From positions 1 through 57,753 of the forward strand of contig CAITNV010000008.1 in assembly GCA_903893855.1 (NCBI GenBank): 57,753 bases of DNA. The letters run 5' to 3'. Made by a program: the position numbers and the translations under genes. The DNA comes from Candidatus Tayloriibacteriota bacterium. GTDB taxonomy: Bacteria > Patescibacteriota > Minisyncoccia > Phycocordibacterales > PALSA-1337. This document shows positions 50,747 through 57,753 of this stretch, piece after piece (the stretch's first letter is position 1; the number at the start of each line of letters is the position of its first letter). The notes beneath the pieces are model-generated. The model was not told the DNA's origin. It saw only the letters and a program-made list of their open reading frames with translations, and did not search any database.

Positions 50747-50810
50747 AACCCAAGTATAACACAAAAGCCGGTCTCCCGGCTTTGTGAATTTAAAATATTT
50801 TAAAACTAGA

Positions 50811-51503
50811 TTATTTCTTTGCGTCTGCCTTCTTATCGTCTTTAGCGTCAGCTTCGCCCTCTTCACCTTCTTTAGCTTCTTTACCTTTCTTCGCAACTTC
50901 AATAGCTGTCATATCAACTGCTGTTGGAGCTTCTTCTAGTTCTTCTTTAGCTTCTGCAATCGAAGCGACGATCTCTTCCGGGTTATTTACAAGAGTAACA
51001 CCTACTGGAAGCTTAATATCAGATGCACGAATAACGCTTGTGAGTTCACTAAGAGCGGCGATGTCTATTCGGAGCTCGTGAGGAAGATCCTTTGGAGCAG
51101 CCTCGATCTCAACTTCTCGAAGAACCTTAACGAGAATACCACCAAGATCCTTTACTGCAGCAGATACACCTTCGAAAGCGAGCTGAACATGCACTTTGAT
51201 CTTTTTACCCTTCTCTACAACATAGAAATCTACATGACGTGGAGTGCCTGTAACTGGATGAACATCAACTTCGTGAATAAGTGCTTCGTGCTCGTCATCA
51301 GAAGCCTTAGTTCCTGCACCTTTCAAGATAATAACTGATGATTCACCGGCTTTTTTCCAAGTCTTTACGAAATCGATATATGAAATAACGATTGGAGTAG
51401 ACTTCTCCTTTGGACCATAAAAGACAGCAGGAAGCTGGCCGTTTTCGCGGATTTTCTCTGGGCTTACCGCCATTGCCCGCTTCTCGAAGTTTAATGTAAT
51501 CAT
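50811..51503 (-). CDS. rplY: 50S ribosomal protein L25/Ctc
   Basis: R..GQLPAVFYG, DVHPVTG..HVDFY, GGIL..V..EV..P..LP; start set at ATG 51503. Confidence 0.95.
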   Translation of the reverse strand: MITLNFEKRAMAVSPEKIRENGQLPAVFYGPKEKSTPIVISYIDFVKTWKKAGESSVIILKGAGTKASDDEHEALIHEVDVHPVTGTPRHVDFYVVEKGKKIKVHVQLAFEGVSAAVKDLGGILVKVLREVEIEAAPKDLPHELRIDIAALSELTSVIRASDIKLPVGVTLVNNPEEIVASIAEAKEELEEAPTAVDMTAIEVAKKGKEAKEGEEGEADAKDDKKADAKK

Positions 51504-51574
51504 AGACCGACAGTATATATGAATTAGTAAAAAAATCAAGCAAAAGGGTTGATTTCACCCCTTTGCACCCAAAT

Positions 51575-51829
51575 TTACTTCAAAATATATTTATAAACAA
51601 CAAAACCGGTCAAAATAAGGTTAAGGAAAACTATTCCAAAAAGAATAGCCTTCCCTTGTGTCTCATTGCTAATAATATGATGCCGAATAAGCCAACCCGT
51701 CATACCTGTAGCTTGGCTTTGTCCATAACCACCATAACCAGTTGCTGCGCTAGTACTTCCACGATACGCGGCATTTATTGGTGAATAATTCTGTTGATCA
51801 GTATCAAATTGTACTTCTCCGTCTGACAT
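51575..51829 (-). CDS. Small hypothetical membrane protein
   Basis: 84 aa with a C-terminal TM helix; TATAAT 8 nt upstream of the ATG. Confidence 0.65.
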   Translation of the reverse strand: MSDGEVQFDTDQQNYSPINAAYRGSTSAATGYGGYGQSQATGMTGWLIRHHIISNETQGKAILFGIVFLNLILTGFVVYKYILK

Positions 51830-51843
51830 ATATGCTTATTATA

Positions 51844-52743
51844 CTAGATTTTATTAAAGATAGAGAGCTTCTTTTCCACAACAGCTTGCATCGCCAACAA
51901 TGCTGGTTTCAAATAACGATATGGCGCAACTTCATCAGGACTCTCTTGAAGTGACATACGAAGGCCATTACGATATGCAACACGAAGCTCGGTATTAACG
52001 TGAACTATTGCCACTCCAGAATCAATCGCTTGTATAAGATCACTTTCAGAATCTCCTGAACCTCCGTGCAAAACAAGTGGAATACCGAGAGCTTTTGATA
52101 TCTCTCCAATTCGGGGAATGTTAAGTGCGGGCTTTGGCATATTCTTAAGTAGCCCGTGCATGTTGCCGATTGCAGGGGCGAGCATATCTGCGCCGGTAGC
52201 GTCGACGAATGCTTTGGCCATATCAACCTTAGTAAGTGCTTCTTCACCGAAGCTTACTCCTGCAGGAATAGCATCGAGGACTTTCGATGATTTACCAATG
52301 AAACCAAGTTCAGCCTCAAGAATAATGTCTCGGCCGGTCTTCTTTGACACCTCGCGAGCATAATCAACACACTTCTTCGTTGTGGCGACATTATCATCGT
52401 ATGACAATTCAGTTCCATCAAATATGGCTGAATCATAACCAGCATCAATCACTTCTTTCACTCGATCATATGAATATGTATGATCAGCGTTAAGGTAAAT
52501 TGGTGGGTATCCGCCCGCAGCGTTCACACTGTCGACAAGAGCGCGAGCCTGTGCGACACCTACGAAGTCTCGCTCACCTTCTGATACACCAATAATGACG
52601 GGAATTTCTCGGCCAGACTTTGCAGTGAGAGACTGCGCAGCACGAACCACAGCCCAGAAGCCTTCGAGATTGGAAATATTAAAATGACCCACGGCTACTT
52701 TCGCTTTCCGTGCTTCATCTACCGCTTGTCGTAATGTTTTCAT
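51844..52743 (-). CDS. fba: Class II fructose-bisphosphate aldolase
   Basis: GHFN, LNADH, EAELG, LAPAIGNMHG, PLVLHGGSG, VNTELR. Confidence 0.93.
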   Translation of the reverse strand: MKTLRQAVDEARKAKVAVGHFNISNLEGFWAVVRAAQSLTAKSGREIPVIIGVSEGERDFVGVAQARALVDSVNAAGGYPPIYLNADHTYSYDRVKEVIDAGYDSAIFDGTELSYDDNVATTKKCVDYAREVSKKTGRDIILEAELGFIGKSSKVLDAIPAGVSFGEEALTKVDMAKAFVDATGADMLAPAIGNMHGLLKNMPKPALNIPRIGEISKALGIPLVLHGGSGDSESDLIQAIDSGVAIVHVNTELRVAYRNGLRMSLQESPDEVAPYRYLKPALLAMQAVVEKKLSIFNKI

Positions 52744-52800
52744 ACAGCAAGTATATCACATATTAATTGTAGATTTCTGGCTATGGTACAATATGTGCAT

Positions 52801-53871
52801 ATGTTTAAAAAACAACTTGATTTTCTTGCAATTGGAGATATTACCATCGATGCTTTTATTCACATACCCGGTGCGGCGGCTGGAATGCATGAGGAAAGTG
52901 GCGCTCATGTCACTTGTAAAGATGCTGAGAAGGAGCATTGTGTGCTTTCTCTACCCTTCCCAGATAAAATTCCTTTTGATTCTGTAGAGGAGATCGCCGG
53001 TGTAGGTAATTCTGCTAATGCCGCTGTATCAGCAGCACGCCTTGGTCTTCGCTCGGCGCTTGTAACAAATATTGGTTCAGATGAACGTGGTAGACAATGT
53101 GTTGTCGAATTAAAAAAGAATAAAGTTGAAACAGATTTTGTAACTATACAAAAAAACGAATCGACCAACTATCACTATGCGCTTTGGTTCAATACTGATC
53201 GCACTATCCTCATCAAGCATCATGAATACAATTATCATTTCCCGAAGAACGCTACGAAGCCTGATCCGAATGCTCCGCGCTGGATTTATCTAAGTTCTCT
53301 TAGTAGCAACTCGTATGACTATCATGTTGAGATAGCGACGTATCTTAAAGCAAACCCTAGCGTGAAGCTTGCTTTCCAACCGGGGACTTTCCAGATGAAG
53401 CTCGGTATTGAGAAGATGTCAAAATTCTATAAGCGTAGCGATGTCTTCATTGTGAATGTTGAAGAATCACAACTCATATTAAATAACGAGACAGAAAACA
53501 TCGAAGAGCTCCTTCATGCAGTGTACAAGCTTGGCCCAAAGATCGTTCTCATAACTGATGGACCGAATGGTGCATACATGTTCGACGGCACGACCACGTA
53601 CTTTATGCCAATTTATCCTGATGTAAAGCCTCCGTATGAACGAACAGGTTGCGGCGATGCTTTCGCCTCTACATACGTCTCTGCACTTATTCTCGGAAAG
53701 AGTCCACTTGAAGCACTTGCATGGGCTCCGATCAATTCAATGTCAGTAGTGGAATATGTTGGTGCACAACGAGGTCTTCTCTCAAGAACAGCTCTCGAAG
53801 ATCTTCTTGCTCAAGCTCCAATGAGCTATAAACCGACCGTCTATAATAACCATCTCGAACAGCAAAAATAG
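52801..53871 (+). CDS. PfkB-family carbohydrate kinase
   Basis: GNSANAAVSAARLG, IGSDERG, ITDGPNGA, RTGCGDAF; start set at ATG 52801. Confidence 0.9.
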   Translation: MFKKQLDFLAIGDITIDAFIHIPGAAAGMHEESGAHVTCKDAEKEHCVLSLPFPDKIPFDSVEEIAGVGNSANAAVSAARLGLRSALVTNIGSDERGRQCVVELKKNKVETDFVTIQKNESTNYHYALWFNTDRTILIKHHEYNYHFPKNATKPDPNAPRWIYLSSLSSNSYDYHVEIATYLKANPSVKLAFQPGTFQMKLGIEKMSKFYKRSDVFIVNVEESQLILNNETENIEELLHAVYKLGPKIVLITDGPNGAYMFDGTTTYFMPIYPDVKPPYERTGCGDAFASTYVSALILGKSPLEALAWAPINSMSVVEYVGAQRGLLSRTALEDLLAQAPMSYKPTVYNNHLEQQK

Positions 53872-53912
53872 CCAATACGGACGACTTTATTTGGTAAATT
53901 TAAAAAGAGTAA

Positions 53913-55196
53913 TTAGTTCCCACCAACATATCTCGCGAGGAATTCTTTTTTAAAATTATCGAAAGTGTCATCGATGAGTGATTGACGAATATTTCGCACG
54001 AGATGCACGATAAAGTGTAGATTGTGCACTGAAGCTAATGTAGCGGCGAGCATTTCTTTCGATCGGAATAAATGTGAAAGGTAGGCCGGCGTATAATGCG
54101 TGCACGTATAGCAAGCGCACTTGTTACCATCTGAACCGTAAGCAATATAACCGAAGTCTTCTTTGAACTTCGCATTATTCATATTAATTCGTCCATACGC
54201 TCCGTAAAGATTCCCTGTTCGAGCCAAGCGTGTTGGGGCCACACAGTCAAATAAATCCGCACCATTCTCAATCGCTCCAAAAAGATCCGCAGGCTCACCG
54301 ATACCGAGTAGATGTCGCGGTTTATCTTGTGGCAAAATATCATTTACCCAACCAACCACACTGTACATATCTTCTTTATCAAATGAACCACCAATACCGA
54401 AACCATCGAAACCTTGCCCATCTGACGCTTTCATTGAGCCGATTACCGTTGCGCTTTCTTTACGCAGATCCATATGACGACCTCCCTGCACAATACCAAA
54501 AAGCGCGTGATCACTATGTGCGCGATGGTATTCAAGTGAACGCTTCGCCCAACGATGCGTCCGATCCATTGCTTCACGTTGATATTCATACGGAGCGTGC
54601 GGAGACGTACATTCATCAAAAGCAAATATCATATCCGCTCCAATAGCGTGCTGTATTTCCATCGATCGTTCTGGAGTGAAGCGATGAGCACTACCGTCGA
54701 TCACTGATTTAAATGACACACCGTCTTCATCAATCTTCGCAAGTGCTTCGTGCGGAGATGTTGTTTCGTCATTCTCATTTGTGTGCGCTACTTCACTTAC
54801 TACCACATTGACACCCTCGCGAGCGGTATCGTGCCGATCTGCAATCTTACTGGCTTTATTGCCAAACGCTACGCCAAGTGAGAACACTTGAAATCCTCCT
54901 GAATCAGTCATGGTGGGGCCTGCCCAATTCATAAACTTCCCCAACCCTCCAGCTTGTTTGAGAATCTTCTCCCCCGGTTCGAGATAGAGATGATAGGTAT
55001 TCGCGAGCACCACCTGCGCATCAATAAGACCACCAGCAAGTGCGCTACTGCCAACCTGTTCCGGCGTGAGAGCCTTTACCGTGGCTTTAGTTCCGACCGT
55101 CACAAAAGCTGGCGTCTCGATGATGCCGTGTGGAGTAGTAAGAGTACCCACTCGTGCACGTCCTTTAGCCTTATTTATTTTGAATGAAATTGCCAT
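53913..55196 (-). CDS. tgt: tRNA-guanine transglycosylase
   Basis: TPAFVTVGT, LANTYHL, TDSGGFQ, FDEC, GIVQGG, KPRHLLG, FDCVAPTR, CACYTC, HNL. Confidence 0.96.
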   Translation of the reverse strand: MAISFKINKAKGRARVGTLTTPHGIIETPAFVTVGTKATVKALTPEQVGSSALAGGLIDAQVVLANTYHLYLEPGEKILKQAGGLGKFMNWAGPTMTDSGGFQVFSLGVAFGNKASKIADRHDTAREGVNVVVSEVAHTNENDETTSPHEALAKIDEDGVSFKSVIDGSAHRFTPERSMEIQHAIGADMIFAFDECTSPHAPYEYQREAMDRTHRWAKRSLEYHRAHSDHALFGIVQGGRHMDLRKESATVIGSMKASDGQGFDGFGIGGSFDKEDMYSVVGWVNDILPQDKPRHLLGIGEPADLFGAIENGADLFDCVAPTRLARTGNLYGAYGRINMNNAKFKEDFGYIAYGSDGNKCACYTCTHYTPAYLSHLFRSKEMLAATLASVHNLHFIVHLVRNIRQSLIDDTFDNFKKEFLARYVGGN

Positions 55197-55198
55197 AC

Positions 55199-55211
55199 AT
55201 GCTATAATAGC
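55199..55211. promoter_or_regulatory. Overlapping bidirectional -10 elements between tgt and LOG
   Basis: GCTATAATAGC reads TGC-TATAAT on the plus strand and TATTAT on the minus strand (7 nt before the tgt ATG). Confidence 0.55.
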
Positions 55212-55231
55212 CGAAAACTACAAAAAAACAT

Positions 55232-55912
55232 ATGCAACCCCTTCACCTAACACGAGACGAGCTCGTAAAAAATATTGATGAACAAGTAAATACTGCGACG
55301 AGAGAGTTTCGAGCTGGTTTTGAATTTATCCAAAAATACCCGAAGCGCGTGACCTTCTTCGGTTCTGCTCGTGCTCTTCCTGAAAGTGTTCATTATCAAC
55401 AAGCTGAAGACCTTGCCAATCGCGTCGCAAAAGAGCTCGGTTATGTCGTAGTAACTGGTGCGGGTCCTGGTATTATGCAAGCAGCGAATAAAGGCGCTCG
55501 AGAAGCGCGTGTAAAGACTATTGGTATTGCTATTGGTCTTCCTCGTGAACAACGTATTAATGAATTCGTCGATGATGTAGTGTGTTTCGAACATTTCTAT
55601 GCTCGTAAGACCATGCTTACCTTTGCTCCAAAGGCTTATGTCTTTTTCCCCGGTGGTTATGGTACTTTCGATGAACTCTTCAGCATCCTCACTCTCGTTC
55701 AGAACCGTAAAATTCCTTCAGTGCCAATTATTTTAGTTGGCGCAGACTTCTGGAAACCACTTGAAAGCTACATGACTACAAACATGTATGAATCACACGC
55801 CACCATTAGTAAGAACGATCTCGATCTATTTACCATTACTGATAGCATTGAAGAAGCCTTTACTATAATTAAAGACGCCCCTGCCGCCGATTGGTGGACT
55901 GATGCTGATTGA
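55232..55912 (+). CDS. LOG-family (TIGR00730-like) nucleotide phosphoribohydrolase
   Basis: VTFFGSAR, TGAGPGIMQAANKGA, RK..L, PGGYGTFDE. Confidence 0.9.
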   Translation: MQPLHLTRDELVKNIDEQVNTATREFRAGFEFIQKYPKRVTFFGSARALPESVHYQQAEDLANRVAKELGYVVVTGAGPGIMQAANKGAREARVKTIGIAIGLPREQRINEFVDDVVCFEHFYARKTMLTFAPKAYVFFPGGYGTFDELFSILTLVQNRKIPSVPIILVGADFWKPLESYMTTNMYESHATISKNDLDLFTITDSIEEAFTIIKDAPAADWWTDAD

Positions 55913-55928
55913 TTCTGTAAAAATTACT

Positions 55929-56951
55929 CTAGCTATTTGACGTCTCCTTCGCTCGACACTCTCTGCAATATGATTTATTTGTTTTGTCTGTTCGAGGGCA
56001 ATTTTCGCATACGATGAACTTGAGGTAACAATCGTCATTGCCACAATTGGTATATTGCTCACTTGGAGCATTACAAAATTCACATACGCCGATTACAGAT
56101 CGCTTATCCTTCGAAGCGAAAGCCATGGTAGTGCGTTCATCGAATACATAGAGTGAGCCAAGGAAATTATTTGCGGGCACCGTTAAAGTTGTGGCGGCAG
56201 TTGCAGTTGTGGCTGAAGTCGCTGCATCTGCATCAGCTGATACTCCCACATTCTCAAATTTCTCCATATAGGTCACGATACCACCGTTCAATTGATACAC
56301 ATCTTTAAAACCATTCTTCACAAGATAGCCCGAAGCTTTCTCGCAGCGAATTCCTCCAGTACAGACAGTCACCACGGTCTTATCTTTTAAATGCTCAAGC
56401 GTAGGTAATACTTTTGGTAAATCACGAAAATTACGAAGTGGCGGGAGTACCGACCCTTTAAAATGTCCCGACTGATGCTCATAGTCATTACGCATATCAA
56501 CAATGACAAAATCATCTGGATTCTTTTTTGTAAACCATGCGTGCAATTCCTCTGGGCTCAAATATTTTCCAGTCGTCTCACGTGGATTGAAATCTTCTTC
56601 TGGAGGAAGACCAAGTGTTACGACTTCTTTTCTTACTTTCACTACGAGACGTCGAAATGCACTGCCATCAGCCGTCCCTGCACTTCTTTTAATGTGAGTA
56701 TCTTTAAAGCGTGAGTCTGCAAGAAGCGCGGTGCAATACGCATCAATATTAGCATTGAGTCCTTCGAGCGTTGCATTCATGCCTTCATGAGCAATGAGGA
56801 CTCGACCCTTAAGACCGAGCGATGTGCAAAGAGCTCGCTGTTCATTGACAAAAGCCTGCGGATCTTCGATGTGCGTATAGTTATAGAATAAAATAACTGT
56901 ATATGCAGGTGCGGATGTTTTCTTGTGTATTTGTCCAGTCGCTGTTTCCAT
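55929..56951 (-). CDS. trhO: UPF0176 rhodanese-domain protein / tRNA uridine(34) hydroxylase
   Basis: LKGRVLIAHEGMNATL, DMRNDYE..GHF, CTGGIRCEKAS, QLNGGI, YVFDER, Cys-rich tail; start set at ATG 56951. Confidence 0.88.
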   Translation of the reverse strand: METATGQIHKKTSAPAYTVILFYNYTHIEDPQAFVNEQRALCTSLGLKGRVLIAHEGMNATLEGLNANIDAYCTALLADSRFKDTHIKRSAGTADGSAFRRLVVKVRKEVVTLGLPPEEDFNPRETTGKYLSPEELHAWFTKKNPDDFVIVDMRNDYEHQSGHFKGSVLPPLRNFRDLPKVLPTLEHLKDKTVVTVCTGGIRCEKASGYLVKNGFKDVYQLNGGIVTYMEKFENVGVSADADAATSATTATAATTLTVPANNFLGSLYVFDERTTMAFASKDKRSVIGVCEFCNAPSEQYTNCGNDDCYLKFIVCENCPRTDKTNKSYCRECRAKETSNS

Positions 56952-56990
56952 ATTGCACACTATAGCACGCACCTCACGAAATGCGCAAAA

Positions 56991-57020
56991 CAAAAAACCA
57001 CACTTTCGTGTGGTTTTTTG
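56991..57020. terminator. Bidirectional intrinsic terminator after the RRM gene
   Basis: CAAAAAACCACAC-TTTC-GTGTGGTTTTTTG (GAAA loop on the minus strand). Confidence 0.85.
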
Positions 57021-57053
57021 TATAAAGGATAGTCCTTTATAAGACGGGTGGTA

Positions 57054-57368
57054 TTACCAGTTGCTTCGTCCTGCGCCTGCATCACCTCCGCGATTGAAAT
57101 CACGTCGTGGTGCTCGTGGCTCCATTGGGCGAGCTTCGTTAACTGTTAGCTTTCGTCCTTCGAGCTCTGCGCCGTTGAACATGCTAATAGCCTTATCAGC
57201 ATCTGCATCATTTGCGAACTGAACGAATCCGAAGCCTTTTGAGCGACCGGTCATCTTGTCCATGATAATGCTAGCTGATTCGACTGCACCGGCCTGAGCG
57301 AAATGATTCTTAAGTGTATCTTCGCTAGTTCCGTATGCAATACCTCCTACATATAGCTTCTTTGCCAT
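57054..57368 (-). CDS. RRM-domain RNA-binding protein
   Basis: RNP2 LYVGGI, RNP1 KGFGFVQF, GRKLTVNEARP, Arg/Gly tail. Confidence 0.95.
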   Translation of the reverse strand: MAKKLYVGGIAYGTSEDTLKNHFAQAGAVESASIIMDKMTGRSKGFGFVQFANDADADKAISMFNGAELEGRKLTVNEARPMEPRAPRRDFNRGGDAGAGRSNW

Positions 57369-57435
57369 TTTCTATTTTACTTCCCGTCTTTAACAAATAA
57401 ATGCGTAAGCGACTGAGAAAACTTACTACCCCACT

Positions 57436-57464
57436 ATCCTAGCAGATATGAAGCGAAAAGTCAA
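57436..57464 (-). promoter_or_regulatory. Sigma-70 promoter of the RRM gene
   Basis: TTGACT-17 nt-TAGGAT with a TG extension. Confidence 0.7.
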
Positions 57465-57502
57465 GCCTTTCCAAGTGGCTATATAGAGCCGTATATTGCG
57501 CA

Positions 57503-57753
57503 TCATTTACCGAGATTGTAAATCGCTCTGACTTCTGCTGCTGATATTGCGCGGTTATATACACGGATATCATCTGCATAACCATTCATAGCTGCATCAC
57601 CGGGTATACCTGACACCGAAAAAGCTTGGCTATTTGGAAATACCGAAGCCGTTGCAGAGCTCGTAGCAATTAAGACCGAGTTAATATAAACCGACATTAC
57701 CGTTCCAGTTGAAACGCAGAACACATGATACCACCGATTCGCTAATACAACGA
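57503..57753 (-). CDS. C-terminal part of a LamG-domain protein (runs off the window)
   Basis: NRWYHVFCV..MSVYINSV..GYADDIRVYNRAISAAEVRAIY; the frame is open to the window end. Confidence 0.8.
   Translation of the reverse strand, partial: VVLANRWYHVFCVSTGTVMSVYINSVLIATSSATASVFPNSQAFSVSGIPGDAAMNGYADDIRVYNRAISAAEVRAIYNLGK

Noticed and set aside
50747..50902. N-terminal extensions given by the ORF track (also dnaG, rnr, rpsP, rnc, rpsB, rplY, trhO)
   Set aside because: They overlap neighbouring genes or promoter boxes. Downstream ATGs fit the family N-termini and, except for rnc, the -10 spacing.

Overview
A gene-dense bacterial chromosome segment, genetic code 11, with most genes on the minus strand. 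It looks like Patescibacteria/CPR (Parcubacteria-like), inferred from streamlined PheS/PheT/ThrS/RF1, a short SMC, pilin-LamG and PKD surface proteins, and few Shine-Dalgarno (SD) sites. Most of it is housekeeping: rpoD, dnaG, rpoBC, msrAB, trmD-khpA-rpsP, rnr, smc-rnc-nusB-rpmF-rnhB, dnaE, thrS, gyrB, pheST, tRNA-Thr(UGU), tsf-rpsB, pyk, prfA-rpmE2, ccdA/thioredoxin, rplY, fba/pfkB, tgt, LOG, trhO and an RRM protein. Several self-contained accessory cassettes are interspersed. The best candidate for an undescribed system is a 3.4-kb terminator-bounded module at 18.0-21.4 kb. It encodes a MORC-like GHKL ATPase, a tandem XRE-HTH protein and a divergent coiled-coil/winged-helix (Rok-like architecture) protein around a 24-bp palindrome, with no recognisable nuclease, methylase or integrase. 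Other notable signals are a circularly permuted CcdA, a tRNA gene ending 1 nt before the pheS ATG, pervasive leaderless-type -10 boxes, a hingeless SMC, a NusB-Nudix fusion, a structured rpoB leader with a DnaA box over the promoter, a possible DGR-target-like gene with a long structured leader, and a 402-codon frame broken by one TAG. No CRISPR array, integrase, transposase or rRNA was seen. All family calls come from reading motifs by eye; no searches were run.
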